DNA from: Armatimonadota bacterium
GTDB lineage: Bacteria > Armatimonadota > SYMT01
DNA: 64,000 nt
Direction of reading: 5' to 3'
NCBI GenBank assembly: GCA_046292385.1
Contig: JBKBRF010000001.1
Span: 255,305 to 319,304 of the forward strand
The notes beneath the pieces are model-generated. The model worked only from the letters and a program-made list of their open reading frames with translations, did no database searches and was not told the origin of the DNA. A program made the translations under genes and the position numbers. Shown here piece after piece: positions 9,798 to 19,546 of the stretch (position 1 is its first letter; each line of letters opens with the position of its first letter).

Positions 9798-10646
9798 GTG
9801 AAAATGGGCGTGACTCGGCGACTGACATTCGCCATCGCAACCGCCGCAGCGGCGCTAACGCTGGCGGCGGCCCCCGCTCCCGCGCTAGCCCAGGAAGGCG
9901 TTGCCGGCGGCAACGCCGGGATGGCCACCCAGGGGGCCGAGCGGCCGATCAGCATTAACTTCCGGGACATCCCGCTGCGGGACGCCGTGCAGGTGATCTT
10001 CGCCGGTTCCGGACTGCAGTTCTCGATCGACCCGAATGTGCAGAACATTCCGATCAACCTGCAGCTCACCAACGTTCCCCTGCGGAACGCCCTGCGCGCC
10101 GTGCTGCGGCAGGCCGCGATCGCGCAGCCTGGCCTTACCTACAGCGTGGAGAACGGTATCTACACCGTGAAGGTCCGGCCTCCGGCGCCGATCACCCAGG
10201 ATCAGCCCACCATCGAGGAAACTCCGGAGAATACCGTCACCGAGGAAGACCTCGTCTGGGAGAAGATCCCGGTCCAGTACACCGACATCCTCGTCTTCGT
10301 CTCCGTTCTCGGCGGGAGCTACTTCCCGGATGAGATGATGATGAAAGGCGGCATGGGCATGATGGGTGGCGGCATGGGCGGCGGCATGATGGGCGGCGGC
10401 ATGATGGGCGGCATGGGCGGCATGGGTATGGGCGGCATGGGTATGGGCGGCATGGGTATGGGTGGCATGGGTATGGGCGGCATGGGTATGGGCGGCATGG
10501 GTATGGGCGGCATGGGTATGGGTGGCATGGGCATGGGCGGCGGCATGGGCATGGGCGGCGGCATGGGCGGCTTCGGCGGCGGCATGGGCGGCATGATGGG
10601 TGGTGGAATGATGGGCGGCGGCATGATGGGCGGCGGCCGCTTCTAA
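9798..10646 (+). CDS. Secreted STN (secretin/TonB N-terminal) domain protein with ~100-aa Gly/Met tail
   Basis: RBS AGGAGG before the GTG; signal peptide ending ALA-Q; STN-like ISINFRDIPLRDAVQVIF...INLQLTNVPLRNALRAVL...YSVENGIYTV; C-terminal (GGMGM)n. Confidence 0.8.
   Translation: MKMGVTRRLTFAIATAAAALTLAAAPAPALAQEGVAGGNAGMATQGAERPISINFRDIPLRDAVQVIFAGSGLQFSIDPNVQNIPINLQLTNVPLRNALRAVLRQAAIAQPGLTYSVENGIYTVKVRPPAPITQDQPTIEETPENTVTEEDLVWEKIPVQYTDILVFVSVLGGSYFPDEMMMKGGMGMMGGGMGGGMMGGGMMGGMGGMGMGGMGMGGMGMGGMGMGGMGMGGMGMGGMGMGGMGMGGGMGMGGGMGGFGGGMGGMMGGGMMGGGMMGGGRF
10335..10643 (+). repeat. Coding low-complexity repeat (GGMGM)n, 15-nt unit GGCGGCATGGGTATG
   Basis: Tandem units are directly visible; almost all residues are Gly or Met. 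Confidence 0.9.
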
Positions 10647-10681
10647 TCCACGAAGGTAATCCCCGCAGTAACGACTAACCT

Positions 10682-10724
10682 AGGGTCGCTGGGTGCTTCT
10701 CTGCTTTCCCAGCGGCCCTTTCTC
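10682..10724 (+). terminator. Rho-independent terminator-like hairpin
   Basis: AGGGTCGCTGGG / CCCAGCGGCCCT stem followed by TTCTC, after the STN gene. Confidence 0.55.
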
Positions 10725-10873
10725 GGAACCTCTAGCAACCAGGCCGTTCATTAATCGATAAGCAACGGCGACCCTGCCGGCCTCCTCCGGTGTCCCGTCC
10801 ACCCGGAAAGCTCCCGCAGCGGCGCAAAACGGCCTGCTCCCCTCTACTGGCTGAAAATGAGGAGTACTCGCGT

Positions 10874-12613
10874 ATGAACAGTCGCGTCCTACGGATCGGG
10901 GCGCTGTCGGCTGGCCTCCTCGCTGGCGTATGTATGCCGGCGTATGCGGAGCCCCAGTCCGGCCTGGTCAACCTGGAGCTGGCCAAGGTGCCGTTCTCGC
11001 AGGTCATCCAGATCCTGGCGAAGAGCGCCGACGTGGAGATCGTGTTCAACGATCCCGAGGGCCTCCTGTCAGACCGGCAAATCCCCCTTGTTAGTCTCCG
11101 GAACAAGCCGATCGCGAAGGCGCTGGAAATCGTCTGCCGCGCGGCGAACGCCCACTACGAGAGGGACAAGGACGGCGTCTATTTCATCTCCCCCAAGGCG
11201 CCGGAGCAGGCTCCCGCGCCGCGGGCGGAGCTGACGCGGCCGGTCCAGCCGGCCCCGCAGCCGCAGCCTCCGGTAGCGGAGCTGCCGGAGCTCGTTGAAG
11301 AGACCGTCATCGAGAAGGTCTCGCTGCAGTTCCTCGACCCGAACGAAGCGATCCGGACCCTCTTCGGGTCGCACGCCCGAAAGCCGCTGAGCGAAGCGGG
11401 CCGCGCGCGCGGGATCGATGATCTCGACATCATGCCGGGCCTCATCGACCCCTCCACCGGGAGCTGGTATCTCCCGATGGGCTCCGCGCCCGCCCCTGTA
11501 GCATCACCGGTTTATACTCCGGGTCCGGGCGGCTTCGGCTCTCCCACTGCTGGCGGACAGTACGGCGGCGGAATGATGGGCGGCGGGCTGGGCGGCTTCG
11601 GCGGTGGCATGGGCGGCGGCCTCGGCGGCCTCGGTGGCGGCCTGGGCGGCGGTCTCGGCGGCGGCCTGGGTGGCGGCCTCGGCGGTGGTCTGGGCGGCGG
11701 CCTCGGCGGCGGCCTGGGTGGCGGGGGCGGCGGTGGAGCCGGCAACCTCGTGCCCGAAGGGATCGTGGCGATCCTTGGCGTGCCGACCGACAACTCGCTC
11801 CTGGTCCGCGGCACTCCGGAAGATATCCAGGCGCTGAAGGACATCGTCCGTCTGCTGGACATCGCTCCGCAGCAGATCTCCGTGAAGATCGAGCAGATCG
11901 CGGTGACGAGCCAGTTCGAGAAGACGTTCGGCGTCGACTGGAATATTCGCTACAACGATATTGCCGTGGACTCCGCCATCGGTTTCTCCACCGGCGGTGC
12001 GATCAACGTGGCGATCATCGGCGACAACTGGCGGGCGCAGCTCGCGGCCTCCATCGCGGAAGGGACCGCCACTGTGGTCGACTCTTTGAGTGTGACCACG
12101 ATGAATAACGTCCCCGCGTTCATCTCACAGACGGCGGTGAGCTGGATCTTCCTGCCGGCCATCACCCAGATCCAGGGCGCAGGCGCACAGACTACCTACC
12201 AGGCGCAAGCGCTCTCCGCCAGCACGGTGCTCAGTGCGTGGCCGCGGGTGAATGGTGACGGCACCATCACGATGGTGATCCCGTTCCAGCTCTCCCGGTT
12301 CCTGGGGGAATCGGTGGGCCCGGACGGGCAGCGAGTGCCCAACCTGACCTTCACCACCCTTACTTCCCTGCGACGGGTGGCCAGCGGCCAAACGATCGTG
12401 GTCGGTGGGGCGGTCAACCGGGACGAGGCGAACAACACCAGCGGTATCCCGCTTCTGAAGGACCTGCCGATCGTCGGTCCGCTCTTCCGCAGCAAGCGGT
12501 ACTTCAAGCGGCAGACCGAGACGCTGTTCTTCTTCACGCCGACCCTCATTCCGGAAGAGCAGGCGACCGGCGCGGGGAATCTTGCGGGCGGTGGCAGCGG
12601 CATCGGCCGCTAG
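10874..12613 (+). CDS. pilQ: Secretin (PilQ/GspD family)
   Basis: Start placed at ATG 10874 (GAGGAG RBS, signal peptide). Contains an STN domain, Secretin_N (DNSLLVRGTPEDIQALKDIVRLLD) with a (GGGL)n insertion, and the secretin signature GQTIVVGG...GIPLLKDLPIVGPLFRS...FFFTPTLI. Confidence 0.88.
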   Translation: MNSRVLRIGALSAGLLAGVCMPAYAEPQSGLVNLELAKVPFSQVIQILAKSADVEIVFNDPEGLLSDRQIPLVSLRNKPIAKALEIVCRAANAHYERDKDGVYFISPKAPEQAPAPRAELTRPVQPAPQPQPPVAELPELVEETVIEKVSLQFLDPNEAIRTLFGSHARKPLSEAGRARGIDDLDIMPGLIDPSTGSWYLPMGSAPAPVASPVYTPGPGGFGSPTAGGQYGGGMMGGGLGGFGGGMGGGLGGLGGGLGGGLGGGLGGGLGGGLGGGLGGGLGGGGGGGAGNLVPEGIVAILGVPTDNSLLVRGTPEDIQALKDIVRLLDIAPQQISVKIEQIAVTSQFEKTFGVDWNIRYNDIAVDSAIGFSTGGAINVAIIGDNWRAQLAASIAEGTATVVDSLSVTTMNNVPAFISQTAVSWIFLPAITQIQGAGAQTTYQAQALSASTVLSAWPRVNGDGTITMVIPFQLSRFLGESVGPDGQRVPNLTFTTLTSLRRVASGQTIVVGGAVNRDEANNTSGIPLLKDLPIVGPLFRSKRYFKRQTETLFFFTPTLIPEEQATGAGNLAGGGSGIGR

Positions 12614-12778
12614 ACTCCGGGTACGGCTAAAACCAGGCGGCCGGTCTTCCCTCACGGGCGGACCGGCCGTCGCTGCGTACGTCGCCGTTGCTCCGCACCG
12701 CCGGAGGTTCGGGCTTCGGTCCAAAGGTCAAGCCGGGACGCCGTCGGGAATGGGGTCCGTCGGGCGTCCGCCCCGGAA

Positions 12779-12787
12779 TGATACAAT
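12779..12787 (+). promoter_or_regulatory. Extended -10 element (TGaTACAAT) upstream of aroK
   Basis: TGnTACAAT about 50 nt upstream of the aroK start; no clear -35. Confidence 0.4.
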
Positions 12788-12837
12788 CCGGCCGTGGGAG
12801 CCATTGACCGCGCGCGGTCGGTCGTCGTAGGAGCAGC

Positions 12838-13404
12838 GTGTCCAGTCGAGCCGGTGATAAGCCGCCGATCCAGCCGAACCTGGTGCTGGTCGGCTTCATG
12901 GGAACGGGGAAGAGCGCGGTCGGCCGCGCACTGGCCGCCCGGTTGGGGAGGCCGCTGGTGGATACCGACCTCCGCCTGGCGCACCGGGCCGGCCTGTCGA
13001 TCCCGGAGATCTTTCGCGCGCACGGCGAGGAGCGGTTCCGGGAGTTGGAGACGGAAGAGGCGCGGCGTGTCTCCCGGCCGGCCGGCCTGGTCGTGTCGAC
13101 GGGCGGGGGCATCCTGGGACGAGACGAGAACGTGGAGCTCCTGCGCCGGGGCGGCGTGCTGATCCGCCTCACTTCTCGCCCGGAGGTGATTCTCCGCCGG
13201 ACCGCCCCGTGGGATAACCGTCCGATGCTCGCCACCGCTGCCGACCCGCGCGCCGCCGTGGAGCGGCTGCTGGCGGTGCGAGAGGCGCGGTATGCGCTGG
13301 CAGACTGGACGCTCGATACGTCCGACCTCTCGGTAGACCAGGTAGTGGAGGAGATATGCGCCGCGTTACCGTCGCTGTACCGGGCCGCAGCTACCCGATT
13401 CTGA
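12838..13404 (+). CDS. aroK: Shikimate kinase
   Basis: GFMGTGKS P-loop, DTD, GEERFRELE, STGGG and RPML motifs. Confidence 0.95.
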   Translation: MSSRAGDKPPIQPNLVLVGFMGTGKSAVGRALAARLGRPLVDTDLRLAHRAGLSIPEIFRAHGEERFRELETEEARRVSRPAGLVVSTGGGILGRDENVELLRRGGVLIRLTSRPEVILRRTAPWDNRPMLATAADPRAAVERLLAVREARYALADWTLDTSDLSVDQVVEEICAALPSLYRAAATRF

Positions 13405-14444
13405 TCGGGGCAGGAGCTCTGGAGACGCTCGGCGAGCAGGTCCGTGAGGTGGGAATCACCGGAGCGCTGGCCCTGGTCCAGGACGCGGCCGTCGCGCCGC
13501 TCTACGGCGCCCGGGCCGCGGAATCGCTGCGCCGCGCGGGCTATGCGGTAATGGAAGTGGTGGTTCCCAGCGGCGAGGCGAGCAAGTCGCTCGCGCAGCT
13601 CGGCGAGCTCTACCGCGAGTTTGCCGGTGCCCGTCTCGACCGCCGCGCCGCCGTGGTAGCCCTCGGGGGCGGCGTGGTGGGCGACCTGGCCGGCTTCGCG
13701 GCGGCCAGTTACCTGCGGGGCATCGAGCTGGTGCAGGTGCCGACTACCCTGCTCTCGCAGGTCGATTCCAGCGTGGGGGGCAAGACCGGGATCGACCTGC
13801 CGGAAGGCAAGAACCTGGTCGGCGCCTTCCATCAGCCCGCGCTGGTGGTCGCCGATCTCGCCACGCTGGAGACGCTGCCGGAGCGGGAGTACGTGGCCGG
13901 CCTGGCGGAGATCGTAAAGTACGGGGTGATTGCAGATTCACAGCTCTTCCGGTATCTGGAAGAGAACCGCGAGGCGATCTCCGGCCACTATTCCCATAGC
14001 CTGGAACACCTCGTGGAGCGCTCCTGTCAGATCAAGGCGGAGGTAGTAGGGCAGGACGAGCGCGAGTCCGGACTCCGGGAGATCCTGAACTACGGCCACA
14101 CCGTGGGCCACGCGGTGGAGGCGGTAGCCGGCTATGGGCGGTATGCTCATGGGGAGGCGGTCGCGATCGGTATGGTCGCGGCGGGCCGCCTGTCTCGCGC
14201 GCGGGGCTGGCTCGCGCCGGGAGACGAGCAGCGGATTCGGGTGCTGTTGGAAGCGTTCGGGCTGCCGGTCGGTCTCCACGAGCCGCTGCCGCGAGAAGCG
14301 CTGCTGGCGGCGATGCGGCTGGATAAGAAGACCCGCGGCTCCGAGCTCCGCTTCGTGCTGGCGCGCGGGATCGGCCGGGTAGAAACGGCAGCGGTGCCGG
14401 AGGCGGAAGTCACGACGGCGCTGGATGCGATCTGGCCGGAATAG
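13356..14444 (+). CDS. aroB: 3-dehydroquinate synthase
   Basis: GGGVVGDLAGF, PTTLLSQVDSSVGGKTG, KNLVGAFHQP, LNYGHTVGHA and HGEAVAIG motifs; overlaps aroK by 49 nt. Confidence 0.96.
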   Translation: MRRVTVAVPGRSYPILIGAGALETLGEQVREVGITGALALVQDAAVAPLYGARAAESLRRAGYAVMEVVVPSGEASKSLAQLGELYREFAGARLDRRAAVVALGGGVVGDLAGFAAASYLRGIELVQVPTTLLSQVDSSVGGKTGIDLPEGKNLVGAFHQPALVVADLATLETLPEREYVAGLAEIVKYGVIADSQLFRYLEENREAISGHYSHSLEHLVERSCQIKAEVVGQDERESGLREILNYGHTVGHAVEAVAGYGRYAHGEAVAIGMVAAGRLSRARGWLAPGDEQRIRVLLEAFGLPVGLHEPLPREALLAAMRLDKKTRGSELRFVLARGIGRVETAAVPEAEVTTALDAIWPE

Positions 14445-14447
14445 GGG

Positions 14448-14813
14448 ATGGGGAGCTTGGATCAGAAGCCGGGCCTGGACGAGGCAGTGAACGGGAGCGC
14501 GCCGGGCGCGACGGACGGCCCGGGGCGGGGCGGGCTGAAGCTGCTCCTGCAGCTCCCCGCGCTGCTCTGGCTGACGCTAGTGCTGGCGGCGTACGCCCTG
14601 GTAGCGCTGCGGCCTCCGCAGCATCCGGACCCGTACGCGCCGGCCGCGGAGCGCCAGGCGTATGCGTTCGCGCCCGTTCCTGGGCTCGCGGAACTCGACG
14701 CCTGGGTCGTGCCTGCCCTGGCGCTGCTCGGGATCGCCGCCCTGGCCTGGCACTTCGTCGTTGGACCTGTGAGATCGGCGCCGCCGGCCATCGCCGATCG
14801 GGATGGAACCTGA
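14448..14813 (+). CDS. Hypothetical membrane protein (2 TM)
   Basis: Fills the gap between aroB and the kinase, with a TGATG stop/start overlap; two hydrophobic helices. Confidence 0.7.
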   Translation: MGSLDQKPGLDEAVNGSAPGATDGPGRGGLKLLLQLPALLWLTLVLAAYALVALRPPQHPDPYAPAAERQAYAFAPVPGLAELDAWVVPALALLGIAALAWHFVVGPVRSAPPAIADRDGT

Positions 14814-16618
14814 TGCCAGAGAACTCTTCGGCGAACCCGACCGCTGCCGCCGCGACGACGGTCCTGAAGGAGCGCTACGAGCTGGGCGAGCGCCTGGCGG
14901 ACGGCGCCTTCTTCAACAGCTTCCGCGGGCGGGACACCCATACGGGGCGCGCCGTGGCGATCAAGGTCTTGAAGCCCGAGTATGCCTCGGACGAGGTCTT
15001 CACCGCGCGGCTGCTCTCCGAGGCTCAGTGCGCGATGCAGCTTCGCCACCCGAACATCATGCAGGTGTTCGACGCCTGGCGGGAGCGCGGCACCGTGGTA
15101 CTGGTCACGGAGTGGGTCCGCGGCATCAATCTGAAGGAGCGGGTGAAGCGCGTCGCCCCGTTCCCGCTCGCGGTGAGCGTCGACATCTTTCTCGCCTGTG
15201 CGGAGGCGCTCGCCTACGCACACGAGCAGGGCTGCGTCCACGGCGACATCCGCCCGGATAACATCATCATCACGCCCGACGGGCGCGTGAAGGTGACCGA
15301 CTTCGGGATCGGCGTCAGCGTGGCCGCGTCGACCCGCATCCAGCTCAGCGCGCTGCCGCAGGCCGCGTTCTACATGGCCCCGGAGCTGGCCGAGGGGAAG
15401 ATGCCGGACGCCGGCAGCGATCTCTACTCCCTGGCCTGCATCCTGTACGAAATGCTCTCCGGCGTCGTCCCGTACGACGCGGACACCCCGATCGCGGTCG
15501 CCGTGAAGCACCTGCACGAGCCGGTGCCGTCCCTCAAGCAGGCCAACCCGGCGGTTCCGAATGCGGTGAACGGCCTGGTGGCGAAGTCGATGCAGAAGTC
15601 GCCGGCGGACCGGTATCCGGACGTGCAGGCGATGCTGCAGGACGGGCACGCGATCCGGGACGCGCTGCGGAACGACCGGCCGCTCACCTGGTCCCCGATG
15701 CCGGTGGAGACGCCGGCGGCCGAGCCGGACGGAAAGAAGGTGCGCCGGCGGCCCCCGCCGGAGCCGGAGCCGGATGGGGGGCCCAGCTTCAAGTTGCTGG
15801 CGGCGCTGGGCGGCCTGATGCTGGCGATGATCGTCGGCATGTTCCTGATCATGAATGCCTATCTGGGCAGCGCGCCGAAGGAGGTCCGCGTCCCGATGGG
15901 ATTGGTCGGCAAGACGCAGGGGCAGGCGGAGGAGATGCTTCGCCAGTGGGGGCTGGTCCCGAAGGTCAACGAGGAGTTCGATGACCGGATTCCGGCCGGG
16001 CAGGTGATCCGGACCGACCCGATCGGCGGCACCGAGATCCGCGCCGGGCGCGAGGTGACCCTGGCGGTGAGCAAGGGCGCCGCGCCGGTGGCGGTGCCGA
16101 ACGTCACGGACAAGACCGCGGAAGAAGCGCGGCAGGATCTGGAAGACGCCGGCCTGACGGTGCGCCGGGTGACGGACGAGTACAGCGACCTTTACCAGAA
16201 GGGCAAGGTGATCTCCCAGGATCCGGTTGCGGGGACGCAGACGAAGCGCGGCTCCGGGGTCAACCTGATCGTCAGCCTGGGCCCGCCGCCGCCGCCTGCT
16301 TACGAGGACGTGCCGGTGGAGCCGGAGACGCCCGACACCACCGAGCCGGAGCCCGGCGCCGAGCCGGGAGCCGGCACGGGCGAGATCCGCGAGCAGCAGG
16401 TGGCGATCGACGTGCCCTCGCGTCCGAACGTACCGCAGCGGGTCCGCATCACCGTGCGCCACCCGGACAACACCGAGGAGACGGTCTACGAGGAGATTCA
16501 CCAGCCCGGCGCTCACGTGGAGCACACGGTGCCGGTGGAATCGCTCCGGCCCGGAAGTGAGCTCCGCATCTACGTGAACGACCGCCTGATCCCGCCGGCG
16601 ACCTACCGTAATGACTAA
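14813..16618 (+). CDS. PASTA-domain Ser/Thr kinase (PknB/PrkC-like) with atypical catalytic motifs
   Basis: [24 protein letters not shown] and SDLYSL motifs; a TM helix; two PASTA repeats. Confidence 0.9.
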   Translation: MPENSSANPTAAAATTVLKERYELGERLADGAFFNSFRGRDTHTGRAVAIKVLKPEYASDEVFTARLLSEAQCAMQLRHPNIMQVFDAWRERGTVVLVTEWVRGINLKERVKRVAPFPLAVSVDIFLACAEALAYAHEQGCVHGDIRPDNIIITPDGRVKVTDFGIGVSVAASTRIQLSALPQAAFYMAPELAEGKMPDAGSDLYSLACILYEMLSGVVPYDADTPIAVAVKHLHEPVPSLKQANPAVPNAVNGLVAKSMQKSPADRYPDVQAMLQDGHAIRDALRNDRPLTWSPMPVETPAAEPDGKKVRRRPPPEPEPDGGPSFKLLAALGGLMLAMIVGMFLIMNAYLGSAPKEVRVPMGLVGKTQGQAEEMLRQWGLVPKVNEEFDDRIPAGQVIRTDPIGGTEIRAGREVTLAVSKGAAPVAVPNVTDKTAEEARQDLEDAGLTVRRVTDEYSDLYQKGKVISQDPVAGTQTKRGSGVNLIVSLGPPPPPAYEDVPVEPETPDTTEPEPGAEPGAGTGEIREQQVAIDVPSRPNVPQRVRITVRHPDNTEETVYEEIHQPGAHVEHTVPVESLRPGSELRIYVNDRLIPPATYRND

Positions 16619-17297
16619 CAGAGCCCCCGGAGTGCGGATCGCCGCCTCGATTCTGTCGGCCGATTTCGCCGCGCTGGGAAGCGCGGTAGAAGCGGTGGAT
16701 GCAGCAGGGACCGACTGGATCCATCTCGACGTAATGGATGGACACTTCGTCCCGAACCTCACCTTCGGGCCGCCGGTGATCCAGGCCCTGCGTCCCTTTA
16801 CGAAGAAGCCGTTCGACGTGCACCTGATGGTGGAGCGGCCCGAGGAGCTGATCCCGGAGTACGTGAAGGCCGGCGCCGATCTGATCACGGTCCACGTGGA
16901 GGCGTGTCGCCACCTCCACCGGACGCTGACCTGGCTGCGGGAGCAGCGGGTCAGCCCCGGCGTGGTGCTGAACCCCGCCACTCCGCTCTCCGCGATCGAA
17001 GAGGTGATTCCGGACGTCGACCTGGTCCTGATCATGTCGGTGAACCCCGGCTTCGGCGGGCAGGGGTTCATTCCGCAAAGCGTCGACAAGATCCGCCGCC
17101 TCCGGGAGATGCTGGACCGCGCCGGCAGCCGCGCGGAGATCTCGGTCGACGGCGGGATCGCGCCGGACACGGCGGGGCAGGTGGTAGAGGCCGGCGCCTC
17201 CGTGCTCGTCTCCGGCTCCGCAATCTTCGGCAGCAAGGCCGGCCTGGAGGCCGCGATCGGGGAGCTCCGCAGCGCCGCGCTGGGACGAGGGGGCTAG
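16611..17297 (+). CDS. rpe: Ribulose-phosphate 3-epimerase
   Basis: [38 protein letters not shown] and VDGGI motifs. Confidence 0.97.
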   Translation: MTNRAPGVRIAASILSADFAALGSAVEAVDAAGTDWIHLDVMDGHFVPNLTFGPPVIQALRPFTKKPFDVHLMVERPEELIPEYVKAGADLITVHVEACRHLHRTLTWLREQRVSPGVVLNPATPLSAIEEVIPDVDLVLIMSVNPGFGGQGFIPQSVDKIRRLREMLDRAGSRAEISVDGGIAPDTAGQVVEAGASVLVSGSAIFGSKAGLEAAIGELRSAALGRGG

Positions 17298-17300
17298 CGG

Positions 17301-17690
17301 ATGGGAGCGGTGGCGTCGCAGTTGATCCTGGTCCTGATCGTCATCTTCGCGATCTACATGGCCTACGAGCTGTGGCGCTGGTTCCGCGGCAATCCGGCGG
17401 AGCTGACGCCGGGGCAGCTCCGCCGGAGACTGGCCGGGGCGGTGCTGCTTGCCGTCTCCCTGGGGCTCGCCTACATGGAGCCGCTGACCGCGGGCGAGCC
17501 GGTCCGCGTGCGCCTGGCCTATCTCCTCACCTCCCTGTCGTTCGCCGTGGTGGCGCTGATCCTGGCGCTCCGGGAGGCCGCTTTCGTGATGCGGCAGTAC
17601 GCCCGCTGGCGCACGGAGATGCTGCGCAGCCTCAACACCGACCGGCAGCCGCAGGAGACGCCGCCCCCCGCGGAGGAGCCGCGCCGGTGA
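17301..17690 (+). CDS. Hypothetical membrane protein (3 TM)
   Basis: Tightly packed between rpe and ribD, with a GTGA overlap into ribD; three hydrophobic segments. Confidence 0.7.
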   Translation: MGAVASQLILVLIVIFAIYMAYELWRWFRGNPAELTPGQLRRRLAGAVLLAVSLGLAYMEPLTAGEPVRVRLAYLLTSLSFAVVALILALREAAFVMRQYARWRTEMLRSLNTDRQPQETPPPAEEPRR

Positions 17691-18841
17691 CCCGCCCCGG
17701 AGCGGAGGAGGCCGATCGCCGGCACATGGCGCGGGCCCTGGAGCTGGCCGCGCGTGCCCGCGGCCGTACCGCCCCGAACCCGATGGTCGGCGCGGTGGTC
17801 GTGTCGGGCGGCCGCGTGGTGGGCGAAGGCTGGCATCCCCGCGCGGGCGAGCCCCACGCGGAAGTCTTTGCCCTGCGGGAGGCGGGGGAAGCGGCGCGCG
17901 GCGCGACCCTCTACGTCACCCTGGAGCCGTGCTGCCACCACGGCCGCACGCCGCCGTGTGCCGAGGCCGTGGTCCGCGCGGGCATCCGGCGAGTGGTCGC
18001 CGCGACGGGAGACCCGTTCCCCCGCGTGTCCGGCGGCGGCTTCGGTCGGCTGCGCGAAGCGGGAATCGAGGTCGAGTGCGGCCTCCTCGCTCGGGAAGCC
18101 CTCGAGCTGAACCGCGCCTACTTCCGCGCCGTCCGCACCGGCCTGCCGTGGCTCACGCTCAAGATGGCGGTCACCCTGGACGGCAAGATCGCCACCCGCA
18201 CCGGCGACAGCCGCTGGGTGACCGGCGAGGCGGCGCGGGAGCAGGTCCACCGCCTGCGGGACTGGCACGACGCGGTGCTGATCGGGAGCGGCACCGCCCG
18301 TGCCGATAACCCCCAGCTCACCGCGCGCCTGGACGGAGCCCGGAGCCCGCTGCGCGTGGTGATCGACGCCCGCGCGGAGCTTTCGCCGGAGAGCCTCCTC
18401 GCCCGCACCGCGCGGGAGGTGCCGACCCTCCTCGCCTGCGGCCCGGAGGCGGAGACCGGTCCGCTGGAGCGTTGGGGCGTCGAAGTGGTGCGGCTACCGC
18501 TGGCGGCGGGCCGTGTCCCCCTGGAGCCGCTGCTGCGAGAGCTGGTCCGCCGCGGGATCCACTCCGTCCTCTGCGAGGGCGGCGCGCGGCTGGCGGGGAG
18601 CCTGCTCGACGCGGGGCTGGTGAACGAGCTGGCCTGGTTCATCGCGCCGAAGCTGGTCGGCGACCGGGAAGCACCCGGCGCGGTTGAGGGCGCGGGCATT
18701 ACGCGGATGACGGAGGCGCCCGTCCTCTCGGACGTGCGGGTGAGCCAGTTCGGGCCGGACCTCCTCGTCTCGGGTTACCTGACGCCGCTCGACTTTTCGG
18801 CGAGCGACGAGACGGCCGTCGATCTCGCGGCGGAGCGATAA
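17687..18841 (+). CDS. ribD: Bifunctional pyrimidine deaminase/reductase RibD
   Basis: PNPMVGAVVV, HAE, VTLEPCCHHGRTPPC, LDGKIAT and EGGARL motifs. True start is the GTG at 17687, inside ORF 16904..18841. Confidence 0.95.
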   Translation: MTRPGAEEADRRHMARALELAARARGRTAPNPMVGAVVVSGGRVVGEGWHPRAGEPHAEVFALREAGEAARGATLYVTLEPCCHHGRTPPCAEAVVRAGIRRVVAATGDPFPRVSGGGFGRLREAGIEVECGLLAREALELNRAYFRAVRTGLPWLTLKMAVTLDGKIATRTGDSRWVTGEAAREQVHRLRDWHDAVLIGSGTARADNPQLTARLDGARSPLRVVIDARAELSPESLLARTAREVPTLLACGPEAETGPLERWGVEVVRLPLAAGRVPLEPLLRELVRRGIHSVLCEGGARLAGSLLDAGLVNELAWFIAPKLVGDREAPGAVEGAGITRMTEAPVLSDVRVSQFGPDLLVSGYLTPLDFSASDETAVDLAAER

Positions 18842-18882
18842 GCTACAGCTATCGGCCCTGGTGGAAGGAGCGAGCGCCGGAC

Positions 18883-19503
18883 ATGTTTACCGGGATCATC
18901 GAAGAGGCGGGCCAGGTGCTCCGGGTCCAGTCGCAGGACGAGGGCGCCCGCCTCGAGCTGGAAGCCCCCGCGGTGGCGGCTGACGTCCGCCTGGGCGACA
19001 GCGTGGCGGTGAACGGCGTCTGCCTCACCGTAGTGGCGCACGAGGGACCGCGCCTCGCGTTCGACGCGGTCCGCGAGACGCTGCAGCGCTCCAACCTCGG
19101 CACGCTGCGTCCCGGCCACCGCGTGAACCTGGAGCGCCCCCTGCGCGCCGGCGGCAGGCTGGACGGCCACCTGGTGCAGGGCCACGTGGACGGCACCGGC
19201 GTGTTGAGCTCCGTCGTAGAAGAGGGTGGGTCGCACCGGCTCCGGTTCCAGGCGCTGCCCTCGCTCCTCCGCTACGTGGTGGAGAAAGGCTCCATCGCAG
19301 TCGACGGGATCAGCCTCACCGTCGCGGCGGTCGGGCCGGACTGGTTCGAGGTAGTGATCATCCCGCACACCTGGCAGGTCACCAACCTCTCCGGCCGCGG
19401 GCTGGGGGAGACGGTGAACCTGGAGGTCGACATCCTGGCGAAGTACGTGGAGCGGCTCCTGGCGGGGCGGCTGCCGGACGCCGGAGCGCCCGGGGGCGCG
19501 TAA
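18883..19503 (+). CDS. ribE: Riboflavin synthase (alpha subunit)
   Basis: MFTGII N-terminus, VNGVCLTV, GHLVQGHVD, KGSIAVDGISLTV and VNLEVDILAKY. Confidence 0.96.
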   Translation: MFTGIIEEAGQVLRVQSQDEGARLELEAPAVAADVRLGDSVAVNGVCLTVVAHEGPRLAFDAVRETLQRSNLGTLRPGHRVNLERPLRAGGRLDGHLVQGHVDGTGVLSSVVEEGGSHRLRFQALPSLLRYVVEKGSIAVDGISLTVAAVGPDWFEVVIIPHTWQVTNLSGRGLGETVNLEVDILAKYVERLLAGRLPDAGAPGGA

Positions 19504-19546
19504 GAAGTAACAGGGCCGCAGCAGCGGCCCGGCAAGGAGGAGCGGC

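Noticed and set aside
10725..10873. c-di-GMP-I riboswitch in the secretin leader (GGAAA...GCGCAAAAC)
   Set aside because: Only fragments of the motif are present and I could not build the P1/P2/P3 pairing. An Infernal search would settle it.
16904..17686. N-terminal extension of RibD as given in the ORF track (645 aa)
   Set aside because: It overlaps rpe and the membrane ORF in another frame. RibD homology begins at about 17687.
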